A stretch of DNA of 64,000 nucleotides from Nitrospinaceae bacterium (GTDB lineage Bacteria > Nitrospinota > Nitrospinia > Nitrospinales > Nitrospinaceae). The notes below the pieces were generated by a model that was not told where the DNA came from, made no database searches, and was given only the letters and a program-made list of their open reading frames with translations. Position 1 is the stretch's first letter. Each line of letters opens with the position of its first letter. The stretch lies in assembly GCA_965237905.1 (NCBI GenBank), contig OZ250172.1:2688001-2752000 (forward strand). The letters run 5' to 3'. The position numbers and the translations under genes are program-made. Of this stretch, positions 19,810 to 28,557 are shown in pieces.

Positions 19810-19841
19810 CAACAAAAACCATTTTTCATAGTGAGGTGGGT

Positions 19842-20087
19842 ATGAAAAGAATCATGGCTGTAGTGGTTGCATTGATGTTCGTTTCTACGATGACGTTTAC
19901 CGGTATGGCTTTCGCCGGTGGTCCCAAGGAAAAAGGCAAAGCTCCGATGTCGGACAAAGCCAAGGACGGGAAAAAAGTTTCAGCAGATGCCAAGGCCAAA
20001 GGTAAAAGCGCCGAAGCGAAGATGGGCAAGATGGATAAGAAAGACAAGATGGATAAGATGGATAAGAAAGAAAAGAAATCTAAATAG
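19842..20087 (+). CDS. Small secreted Lys/Met/Asp-rich protein (MXKDX-repeat-like)
   Basis: GAGGTG RBS, signal peptide ending AFA, and a KMDKKDKMDKMDKK tail encoded by 9-bp repeats. Confidence 0.75.
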   Translation: MKRIMAVVVALMFVSTMTFTGMAFAGGPKEKGKAPMSDKAKDGKKVSADAKAKGKSAEAKMGKMDKKDKMDKMDKKEKKSK

Positions 20088-20134
20088 AGTTGTAGCCCGG
20101 TTCGCCAGCGGGCTCAAGCCGGACCTCTTATTGG

Positions 20135-20173
20135 AATCCCATGCAGGCCATTCAGTCTGCATGGGATTTTTTT
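20135..20173 (+). terminator. Rho-independent terminator
   Basis: AATCCCATGCAGGC-loop-GTCTGCATGGGATT followed by a T run. Confidence 0.8.
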
Positions 20174-20188
20174 GGTAGAGTGGTGAGA

Positions 20189-20225
20189 TTTTATCCCCCC
20201 TTCTCCGAAGGGGGTTAGGGGGCTT
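20189..20225. repeat. Left palindromic repeat of the DUF559 element
   Basis: TTTTATCCCCCCTTCTCCGAAGGGGGTTAGGGGGCTT; an imperfect inverted copy of 20660-20696. Confidence 0.75.
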
Positions 20226-20613
20226 CTTCCTTAATCTCATTTAATAAGCTTTCCAGGCTTTCCATGATCCCGTCGATATTGTGCAAAACTTCCGGATTAG
20301 TGAACCGTATGACCCGCAAGCCTTTCGACTCCAAAAAGGCGGTCCGTTTCTGGTCTTTGATCTGTGTTTCTTTTTGACCGTGGGTATCGCCGTCGATCTC
20401 GATGACCAAGCCGTATTCATGGCAATAAAAATCTACAATATACTCTCCTACGGGTTTCTGTCTGTTGAATCGGATTTCTTTATAAAATGACATTTCCCGC
20501 AGGGTGTTCCAGAACTGCTTTTCGGGAGGAGTGAGTTGATTGCGTAATTCCCTGGCTTTTGGAAGAAGAGATTTGCTATAGGCGATATGGGGTCGCAGGT
20601 TTTTTCTGGGCAT
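20215..20613 (-). CDS. DUF559 / Vsr-like endonuclease domain protein
   Basis: ARELR..LT.PE..FW, FNRQKP.GEYIVDFYC, IEIDGDTH and GLRVIRF.N. Confidence 0.9.
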   Translation of the reverse strand: MPRKNLRPHIAYSKSLLPKARELRNQLTPPEKQFWNTLREMSFYKEIRFNRQKPVGEYIVDFYCHEYGLVIEIDGDTHGQKETQIKDQKRTAFLESKGLRVIRFTNPEVLHNIDGIMESLESLLNEIKEEAP

Positions 20614-20659
20614 CGTGTAAAAGCCTCCAAAACCAGATTATCAAAAAAGCAAGCGGAAT

Positions 20660-20742
20660 AAGCCCCCCGGCCCCCTTCGAAGAAGGGGGAGTAAAACAAA
20701 ACCGCAAAAAGAAGAAGTCCTAGCCCTCTTTACAAGGGGGAG
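20660..20742. repeat. Right palindromic repeat of the DUF559 element plus a third degenerate copy
   Basis: AAGCCCCCCGGCCCCCTTCGAAGAAGGGGGAGTAAAA, then AAGTCCTAGCCCTCTTTACAAGGGGGAG. Confidence 0.7.
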
Positions 20743-22092
20743 CTACGCGTCCAGCTTTTCTGAGTTGATGAATTTTTTGAGGAAGGGGAACATGGCGCCG
20801 CGTTTGGTGATCATTTCCTCGCGTGATTTTTGCACGACCTGTTCATCGATGAGGGCGACGCCGCGTTCGGTGGCGAATTTCTCGATGCCCTGCACCACCA
20901 TGCCGCGCGCGAATGAGGGGATGCGGTCCAGCCGCGATTTCGCTTCGTCCGTCCATTTCTGACGGTACTCGACTTCCAATCCCAGCGTGTCTTCGATTTT
21001 GAGTTCGATGGCCTTGCCGCCGTGCTTGCCGGGTTCGTAGTCGCACGAGTTGTCCTCGGCCATGTAGTTGCCGGTTTCGGCGAAGGCGCGCGCCCGGCAC
21101 CCGGAACACATCGCGGAAAACTCGCAGGTTCCGCATTTGCCTTCCAGCTGTTTGCGGTCGCGCAGTTGTACCATCAACGGTGCAGTTTCCCATAGATTCT
21201 TGAAGGTATCGGTTTTGAGGTTGCCCACCGACTCCTCGATGAACGGGCAGGGGGTGAGGTTGCCCTCGGGACTGATGCGTGAATAATGCGTGCCCGCCGG
21301 ACAGCCGCCGGAGTAGGTGCGCTGGTAAACGGATTCGGGATCGTTCTCGTACACCACGCGTTTGTACTGCGGGGCGCACTTGGAATTGATCATCAGTTTG
21401 CCTTTGTACTTCATCTGCTGTTCGTACAGGATTTTCAGGGCTTCTTCGTAGTCGGCGTTGGAGATGTCGGTATTGCCCTGGCCGCGTCCGGTGCACACCA
21501 GGAAGTACAGGTTGAACGCCACCGCGCCGATTTTTTCGGCGAAGGCGATCACGTCGGGAATTTCTTTGTAGTTCATGCCGGATACCGACATCTGGATGAG
21601 GAAATCGACGCCCACTTCGTTGAGGATGTCGAACGCATCCATCGACTTCTGCCAGGCCTGGTCGACGCCGCGGAACTTGTCGTGCTTTTCGGCGATCATC
21701 GAGTCGATGCTGATGCCCACGCCGTGCGCGCCCGCTTCTTTAATTTTATGTGCGTTTTCACGATTGATGATGGTGCCATTGGTGCCGAGTACCACCATGA
21801 ACTTCCGGTCGGCGGCGTATTTGACGATATCGTAGATATCGGGACGCAGAAGCGGTTCGCCACCGGTAAGGATCAGAAACGCGTTGGGGTTGACCTCGGC
21901 GATCTGGTCGACGACGTTGAAGCATTCTTGGGTATTGAGTTCGTCGGTACGAAAACCGCCGCGGAAGTCCGCATCCAGATAGCAATGGTCGCAGTTCAGG
22001 TTGCACCGCTTGGTGAGGTTCCACGAAATGGAGTAGGCGCGGAACGGGTTTTTCTGATCTGTTGGCGGTGCTTCGGTCGCTGTCGGTTCCAT
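20743..22092 (-). CDS. Radical SAM/SPASM protein, NirJ/AhbD-like, with C-terminal PCP_red-like domain
   Basis: CNLNCDHC, TGGEPL and SPASM cysteines (GCPAG, TPCP, CGTC..CSGCRARA); tail WTDEAKSRLDRIPSFARG. Confidence 0.8.
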   Translation of the reverse strand: MEPTATEAPPTDQKNPFRAYSISWNLTKRCNLNCDHCYLDADFRGGFRTDELNTQECFNVVDQIAEVNPNAFLILTGGEPLLRPDIYDIVKYAADRKFMVVLGTNGTIINRENAHKIKEAGAHGVGISIDSMIAEKHDKFRGVDQAWQKSMDAFDILNEVGVDFLIQMSVSGMNYKEIPDVIAFAEKIGAVAFNLYFLVCTGRGQGNTDISNADYEEALKILYEQQMKYKGKLMINSKCAPQYKRVVYENDPESVYQRTYSGGCPAGTHYSRISPEGNLTPCPFIEESVGNLKTDTFKNLWETAPLMVQLRDRKQLEGKCGTCEFSAMCSGCRARAFAETGNYMAEDNSCDYEPGKHGGKAIELKIEDTLGLEVEYRQKWTDEAKSRLDRIPSFARGMVVQGIEKFATERGVALIDEQVVQKSREEMITKRGAMFPFLKKFINSEKLDA

Positions 22093-22178
22093 GATATAGT
22101 GCCCCGGTTGCAGGCGAAATCCTTGTCTTATAATCGGTTCGCGTTAATTGACAGAGAATCTTATCATATTTTTGGAGT

Positions 22179-22997
22179 GTGGAAGTGGATTTGACGGATC
22201 TTATCAGAAAAAAGTGGATCCTTTTCATCCTTTTGATTTTCATGGTGTTGGGGGCGGGGTGTTCTCACGGCAGTGGGGAGGATTCTTATCTGGAAGATTT
22301 TCCCTTCTCACGGGAGGGACGGGTCCATCCCCAAGTCTTGGAGCATCTGCGCTCGGAATGGATTGCCAGCGCTTATTTCGATCGGGGCATGCACTATGAC
22401 GGATCGCAATTTCGTGCGGTGACGTTGACGGAACTGGTGCGGAGATTCCATCCCGAGGAGCGTTGGGACGCGGTGCTTCTAAATTGCCACGACGACTATC
22501 AGGGCATCATTTCTATCGATGACATTTTGAGTTACGATCTTCGGCTGGCGCTGGAAATGAAGTTGGCGCCGAACGTGAAACGACCCGATTGGCTGAATCC
22601 GATGGTGGTGGTCGTCCCCGACTCTAACGAGGCGCCGCATCAGGAGCGATTCATGACGGCGAATATTCGAGAGCTGAGGTTCGTGCGGCTGTCGGAGTAT
22701 TACGCGCCGCTGGACGTGGTGGTATTGAAATCGATGCACGCGCATCGGGGCGGGCAGGTTTTCAAGGACAACTGCCTGTTCTGTCATTCGCTGAAAGGCA
22801 TCGGGGGCAACAAGGGAACGGATTTGCTGAAAGCTTATGATTTCGCCAAAGGGGCGGACGGTCCCAAATTCAAAAAAGATTTCACGGCCTTTCACCACAA
22901 AGACAACGCGGACAAGCAGGATATGGAGCAGTTTGTAGACACCGACACCCTGCGCAGGATTGTGGTGTTCCTGCGGGAGATGCAGGGTTCTTCATAA
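22179..22997 (+). CDS. Lipoprotein with C-terminal monoheme cytochrome c
   Basis: GAGC lipobox and CLFCH heme motif; the start is uncertain. Confidence 0.75.
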   Translation: MEVDLTDLIRKKWILFILLIFMVLGAGCSHGSGEDSYLEDFPFSREGRVHPQVLEHLRSEWIASAYFDRGMHYDGSQFRAVTLTELVRRFHPEERWDAVLLNCHDDYQGIISIDDILSYDLRLALEMKLAPNVKRPDWLNPMVVVVPDSNEAPHQERFMTANIRELRFVRLSEYYAPLDVVVLKSMHAHRGGQVFKDNCLFCHSLKGIGGNKGTDLLKAYDFAKGADGPKFKKDFTAFHHKDNADKQDMEQFVDTDTLRRIVVFLREMQGSS

Positions 22998-23103
22998 ACA
23001 ATCCCAGGCCGTAAGACGAAGGCTCCCCGACGTTTGTTGAGTTTGGGGGTGAACGCGGTTAATCTGGTGAAAGGGGTATCGTCAACTCAAGAGGAATGTC
23101 TCC

Positions 23104-24528
23104 TTGCTGACCAATAAAACCGAAAGTGCCGGTTCACCGGTCCCGCCGGACACGCTAAAATCCCGCAAGTATTTTTGGATATTCCTCGGTGTCGTCCTGG
23201 TCTCCCGGTTGATGATCTGGGCGGTGATTCAGGAGCATCCGCGAAGTTTTCTGGAAAGCGACAGTCCGTCTTACATCGATCCGGCTGAGGCCTTAATCGC
23301 GGATGGACGCTATCACACGAAACCAGGAAACGATACTCCGGAAACTCTGCGTCCACCCGGATATCCGGTATGGTTGGCTTTGATTTTTCTGTTGTTCGGG
23401 AAAAGCGCGCAGGCAGTGGTGTTTTCCCAGGTCTTTTTATTTCTGGGGACGCTGATTCTGACCTATGCCCTGACTGAAAAAATGTTCGGTCCGCGTGCGG
23501 CCTGGGTTGCGGTGATTCTGCTGTCTCTGGATCCCTCCAGTTTGTCCTACACGTTTAAAATCTTGTCCGAAACATTAACGGCATTTTTGACGCTGGCGTT
23601 CGCTTATTGTATCTTTGGTTTTTACCGCTCCCGGGGAAAGTTTCATTTCGGGTTGGGCGCGGGGTTGAGTCTGGCACTAGTCACCCTGGTGCGCCCCACG
23701 ACCTATTATTTTCTGCCCGTCCTACTTTTTGCTTTTATGATTTTTCTGATCCGTGAAAAATTTAAATGGAAAACCATTCTGTCCGGTCTGTTGATCACCC
23801 TGCTCCCGTTTCTCATTTTGGTGGGCGGTTGGCAATGGCGCAATCTGGAGACAGCGGGGTTGTTCCGGTTGACCTCGGTTCAGGGATGGGCTCTCTATCT
23901 GGGAAAGGGCGCCCAGATTTATTCGGAGAAACATCAGGTTCCCCTGAAGGAAGCACAGTCCATCCTGCGTCAAGAGTTGGATCAAACCCATCCTCATTGG
24001 AATCGCATTCCTATGGAGCAGTTGGATGATATTTATCTGGCGGAAGGCTGGAAACTCGTGCGGGAGAACCCCGGTCTGGCTGTCAAAACGCACATTTTAC
24101 ATATGTCTTATTTTTTCTTTGCTCCGGGAACCACTTCGGCTTTCTTCCGCATCTTTGATCCGGACTTTAAAATGATTCGATTCAACTGGTTTCAAAAAGG
24201 AGAGTATTTTCAGGATGTTTTTAATAATCACAAGCGGTTCCTTGGGTGGATGCTGATCGGGGCGGTCTATTTGGCAACCCTGTATGTCTGGTTGGCGGCT
24301 TGGGTAGCCCAGAGTTGGCAGAGCAGGAAGGAACTGAGGTGGCAGGGAGCGCATGTCCTGATCCTCCTGTTGGTTCTGTATATTGCTGCGGTCAGCGGAA
24401 TCAACTATGGTCAGGACCGTTACCGGATTGTGGTGATGCCCTTGCTGTGTATGTACGCCGGCGCCGGGTATCCGGGATTCCTGAATTATTTGAAAACCTT
24501 GCCGTGGTGGGCGAAAAAGGCCGAATAG
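23104..24528 (+). CDS. ArnT/GT39-like membrane glycosyltransferase
   Basis: DSPSY, RPPGYP, ILSE and LVRP motifs with many TM segments. Confidence 0.8.
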   Translation: MLTNKTESAGSPVPPDTLKSRKYFWIFLGVVLVSRLMIWAVIQEHPRSFLESDSPSYIDPAEALIADGRYHTKPGNDTPETLRPPGYPVWLALIFLLFGKSAQAVVFSQVFLFLGTLILTYALTEKMFGPRAAWVAVILLSLDPSSLSYTFKILSETLTAFLTLAFAYCIFGFYRSRGKFHFGLGAGLSLALVTLVRPTTYYFLPVLLFAFMIFLIREKFKWKTILSGLLITLLPFLILVGGWQWRNLETAGLFRLTSVQGWALYLGKGAQIYSEKHQVPLKEAQSILRQELDQTHPHWNRIPMEQLDDIYLAEGWKLVRENPGLAVKTHILHMSYFFFAPGTTSAFFRIFDPDFKMIRFNWFQKGEYFQDVFNNHKRFLGWMLIGAVYLATLYVWLAAWVAQSWQSRKELRWQGAHVLILLLVLYIAAVSGINYGQDRYRIVVMPLLCMYAGAGYPGFLNYLKTLPWWAKKAE

Positions 24529-24676
24529 GGGCCGGTTATCGGGATTTTTGACCGCCGCAAAATGAGCTGGAGGGATGTCTTGAGGTTTGGCCATCCCTAT
24601 AATAGAATACCCACATCCGGAATGAACCGGCGAATGTTGGTTGTTGAAGGTCACCTCTTTATAGTGAAGCCATAAA

Positions 24677-25069
24677 ATGATCGTTGCCTATATTATTTTG
24701 ACTGTCGGTACCGCAGTAGAAATCCTCTCTTTGACCTGGCTGGGCACGCAGATCAGTGTCCTCAATACCATTTCGCTGACCATGTTCACGCTCCTGCTGG
24801 GAGTGATCAACGGCCGCAGTTACGGGGAGGAATGGTACGAAAAAATGCAGTGGCATTTGAAGTCGGGCACACTGCCGAGCGACGATGTGGTCAACGGCGC
24901 CGTCATGAACGTGGGCAGTAAACTGCTCTTGACGCCGGGACTGGTGACCGACGTGATCGGATTTTTGATCATACTTCCCCAAACGCGTTTCATCGCCAAA
25001 AATATCGCGTTGAGTTTATTCAAAAAGAAATTGAGCCGCCGGGAGCAATGGTTTTTCTTCCAGAATTAA
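24677..25069 (+). CDS. fxsA: FxsA family membrane protein
   Basis: LLLTPGLVTDVIG motif. Confidence 0.8.
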   Translation: MIVAYIILTVGTAVEILSLTWLGTQISVLNTISLTMFTLLLGVINGRSYGEEWYEKMQWHLKSGTLPSDDVVNGAVMNVGSKLLLTPGLVTDVIGFLIILPQTRFIAKNIALSLFKKKLSRREQWFFFQN

Positions 25070-25111
25070 GGTCGCACCTTGCGAACTCCAGCCTAAGGGG
25101 TTTGATCCACC

Positions 25112-25825
25112 ATGATTTTTCCCGTCACTCCGCGCAACCTGCGTCCCGAATTACTTGATCTGGATGAGGCTCCCTTCGAAGAAGTCAGGGATAGCCTGCA
25201 GGATGTTCAATGGGTCAACCGCTACCTGAGCGGATACCGGGTGCTTCTGCACCATATAGGCCGGTTTTTCGACCGGCATAACTCATCGCAACCTCTGCAC
25301 ATTTTGGATGCCGCCACCGGTTCCGCCGATCAACCGATGGAAGTGGTGCGTTACGCACGGCGGCGGGGAATCCCGGTGCGGGTGACGGCCATCGACATCA
25401 ACCGCAAGATGATCCGCTTCGCGCAGGAGGAGGCCCGGGAATTTCCGGAAATCCGATTCGTGCAATGTGATGTTTTAGAGATGCCGTTCCGCGAGGACGG
25501 TTTTGACGTGGTGATCAATTCGCTTGCCCTACATCATTTTTCAAAAGAACACGCGGTGACTATGCTGAAAAGTTTTTCCAGATTGGCGAGGCGGGGGGTG
25601 ATCGTGAACGATCTGCACCGGAGCCGGGTGGCCTATACTGCGATTTATATTTTGACGCGGTTGTTGACGCAAAATCGCCTGACCCGCTACGATGCGCCGG
25701 TTTCGGTGATGAATGCCTTCACCCCGGAGGAGATGCAAGCTATGGCGCAAGAAGCGGGTTGGCAACAGTTTGAAGTGCATCGCCACTTTCCCTATCGGAT
25801 TGCATTGGTTGAGAATAAGCTATGA
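25112..25825 (+). CDS. Class I SAM-dependent methyltransferase
   Basis: PELLD, LDAATGSAD, SLALHHF and VNDLHRS. Confidence 0.85.
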   Translation: MIFPVTPRNLRPELLDLDEAPFEEVRDSLQDVQWVNRYLSGYRVLLHHIGRFFDRHNSSQPLHILDAATGSADQPMEVVRYARRRGIPVRVTAIDINRKMIRFAQEEAREFPEIRFVQCDVLEMPFREDGFDVVINSLALHHFSKEHAVTMLKSFSRLARRGVIVNDLHRSRVAYTAIYILTRLLTQNRLTRYDAPVSVMNAFTPEEMQAMAQEAGWQQFEVHRHFPYRIALVENKL

Positions 25826-25865
25826 ATCGGGTTTGCAACAAAACGGCTGGAATGGGAAAAAGAGT

Positions 25866-27134
25866 ATGAACCTATACGACGTCATTATTATAGGAGCCGG
25901 ACCGGCAGGATGTGCCAGCGCCTTGTTCCTGCATCAAAAAGGACTGCGGGTGTTGGTGCTGGACCGGACCTCGTTTCCGCGCGACAAGGTGTGCGGCGAG
26001 TTCATCAGTCCCGCCGCTGATGATATTCTGGAAGAGCTCGGCGTTTTGTATGCCATTCAGGAATCCAACCCGGTACGATTGCAGGGTGTCGCCGTTTCTT
26101 CTTACGGCAAGCCGGAATTGTGCATCGATTATCCTCCGTGTCCCCGCCGGGTAAAGCCGATGACCAGCCTGTCGCTTCCCCGGTTGCAGTTGGACCATTT
26201 GCTGGTTCGGAAAGTGATGGAGCAGGGAGTGGAGGTTCGGGAGCGACACGCGGTCGATGATTTTCTGTTTGAAGATAATCGGGTCACGGGCGTTAAAGGG
26301 CGAGACGAAGCCAACCGGCCATTTATGTTTTCCGCGTCCGTCGTGGTGGATGCCAGCGGGCGCAACGGTTTGTCCCTGCGCCGGCTGGGACTCATCAAGC
26401 CCCATCAGGGGCCAGGGAAAATCGCTCTCGCCGCGCATTGGGAAAACGTTCAGTTCCCGCATGATTACTGCTACATGCATATCAGCGCGCCCGGTTACAC
26501 GGGCATGGCACCGGTAGGAAACGATTCCGTCAACGTGGTGCTGGTGGTGGAGGACCGGCATGTTAGAGGGCGAGAGTTGGACGCGTTTTATCAAGCAGTG
26601 GTATTGGGCAACGAGCGGCGTCAATCACTGCTGGCGGGAGCCCGATTAGAGGAGCGGGTGCGGTCGGTGGGATCGCTGTCTTATGATGTTCGGCCCGTTC
26701 GTTGCGGTGGTTTGGTTCTGGCCGGAGACACAACGGGGTTCATTGATCCGTTTACGGGGGAAGGCATCTATCTTTCGCTCCGGAGTGCCCAGTTAGCGGC
26801 CGGGGTTGTTCAGCAGGCGTTTGCGGCGGGGGATTTCTCAAGGGAATTTCTGGCGGAGTACGACAGGCAGAGAGAGGAGGAATTCCGTAAGAAATTTGTC
26901 CTCAGCCGGATCCTGCAGAAATTCATTTACCGGCGCCGGTGGTGTGACGCGGTGGTGGCATTGCTTCGGCGGAACCCTCAAATGGCGCAAACGCTGGTGG
27001 GCGTTATTGGTGATTACTTTCCCGCCGACCGCGTGGTGTCCTGGCCGTTTCTTTTAGAGGGGATTCGAGGTGCGATTTTGCCCAAACCTGAAGCCGCGCC
27101 ACAACCCGTGAGCGCGGCCGGTCTGGGTGAATAG
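25866..27134 (+). CDS. NAD(P)/FAD-dependent oxidoreductase (geranylgeranyl-reductase-like)
   Basis: IIGAGPAG, FPRDKVCGE, DASGR and GD..GFIDPFTGEG. Confidence 0.85.
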   Translation: MNLYDVIIIGAGPAGCASALFLHQKGLRVLVLDRTSFPRDKVCGEFISPAADDILEELGVLYAIQESNPVRLQGVAVSSYGKPELCIDYPPCPRRVKPMTSLSLPRLQLDHLLVRKVMEQGVEVRERHAVDDFLFEDNRVTGVKGRDEANRPFMFSASVVVDASGRNGLSLRRLGLIKPHQGPGKIALAAHWENVQFPHDYCYMHISAPGYTGMAPVGNDSVNVVLVVEDRHVRGRELDAFYQAVVLGNERRQSLLAGARLEERVRSVGSLSYDVRPVRCGGLVLAGDTTGFIDPFTGEGIYLSLRSAQLAAGVVQQAFAAGDFSREFLAEYDRQREEEFRKKFVLSRILQKFIYRRRWCDAVVALLRRNPQMAQTLVGVIGDYFPADRVVSWPFLLEGIRGAILPKPEAAPQPVSAAGLGE

Positions 27135-27171
27135 GAGTTCCAATGAGGTCTGGCCGGGGTGAAGAACCGTT

Positions 27172-27399
27172 TTAACTTGGGCTCGCCTGATATTGTTCGA
27201 TGATTTCAATCATCCGGTCCTTGCCTTTCAGCTTTTGTTTTTGTACGGTTTTCTTTTCCAGTTCCTGTTCCGGGGTCAGGAAATTCATTTTGTTCAATGC
27301 TTCCACCCGGTGTTTCAGATCTAAATGTTCCTGGTAGAGTTTTTTAAACTCCTCATTTTCGCCTTGGACTTTTTCCAGCAATGTCGGATCAATTTCCAT
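27172..27399 (-). CDS. YdcH/DUF465 family protein
   Basis: Short coiled coil with F.KLY.EH..L and QKLKGKDR. Confidence 0.75.
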   Translation of the reverse strand: MEIDPTLLEKVQGENEEFKKLYQEHLDLKHRVEALNKMNFLTPEQELEKKTVQKQKLKGKDRMIEIIEQYQASPS

Positions 27400-28105
27400 A
27401 GTTTGATCTCCTTTCGACTGATGATCTTCCCAAACTCAATTCGGCTTCGGATTTTCGTATGTAATTAATTTTTAGTTGATTTAAATCAAACTGTTTTTGG
27501 TGGGCAAACTGCCGCGAAGCCAGCAGAGCTGCGCCTGCGGCAGTGGAAAATTTGGGTTGAGCCTCGGATTCCACAAAGCGGGCACCGAGGGATTCTTTAA
27601 AAATTTCACGGTATCTTTCCACGCCACTGCCTACAAACAAGGCGGGGACTTCAATTTTTTCGCACAACCCTTGTGGAGAAAGTGCGCTTTCTTTTATGAG
27701 TGACCGTAGACTGTCTTTTTGAGATTCAAAGACCGCCGCGTACACTTCGCTCTTGCGGGCATCCAGTGCCGTGCAGATGGGATGCTTCGGGGAATCCAGA
27801 GTGCTGGCCAATGCTTCCAGAGAATTGATCCCTACGAAAGGTTTTTCCGTGGCCAGAACGAATCCTTTGAGCAGGCTGACGCCTATTCTCAGACCGGTGA
27901 AAGAGCCCGGGCCAATGGTCACCGCAAACCCATCCACATCGTCCAGACGAGATTTCCCCTCTTTCAGAACTTGGTCCACCATCTGTAAAAGGTATTTGGA
28001 ATAGGAAGGCTGAGGGTCGCCAATTTGTTCTGCGACGACCGCATCGTTGTTCAGGAGTGCAACACTGCAACCCGGAGTGGATGAGTCGATTCCTAAAATT
28101 CTCAT
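27389..28105 (-). CDS. tsaB: tRNA threonylcarbamoyladenosine biosynthesis protein TsaB
   Basis: LGIDSS, GPGSFTGLRIG and DARKSEVY. Confidence 0.93.
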   Translation of the reverse strand: MRILGIDSSTPGCSVALLNNDAVVAEQIGDPQPSYSKYLLQMVDQVLKEGKSRLDDVDGFAVTIGPGSFTGLRIGVSLLKGFVLATEKPFVGINSLEALASTLDSPKHPICTALDARKSEVYAAVFESQKDSLRSLIKESALSPQGLCEKIEVPALFVGSGVERYREIFKESLGARFVESEAQPKFSTAAGAALLASRQFAHQKQFDLNQLKINYIRKSEAELSLGRSSVERRSNYGN

Positions 28106-28557
28106 CGTTCCCCTGTCTGTTTCGTTGAGATACTTATAAAGTTCTGGTCAGAAGCTTACAGCTATAAGCCTCTTTTATTCAAGTTATTTCATTACTGAGG
28201 AAAAGTCAATATCGAACCCGGACCATTCTCCCGGGAAAGGTTGGTTCTCAAAATATATCCAGATAAGTTTTTAGTTGTCGGGGAGTTAAGTGGGGAAGTC
28301 TTCATGGGATGGGGCCGGGTTTTTTTGTGGGGAAAGGGTCTGCCATCAATCCTGAACCTGCCCTCCGTGCCAGCTTGCTTGGTATTTATTGATTTTATTG
28401 AACTTATTCCTTGACAAAATAGGGCTTTCGATTTACTTTTACTTGGCATGCAATGTAAATTAATTGCAACTTATTGATTTTGAAACGATTAAAAATGTGA
28501 AAATCTCAACCCGTTTCATCCTATCGAAATATTCCATTAACTGGATGGAGGACTCTT

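Noticed and set aside
28440..28470. Possible sigma54 promoter (TTGGCATG...)
   Set aside because: No TTGC at the required -12 spacing.
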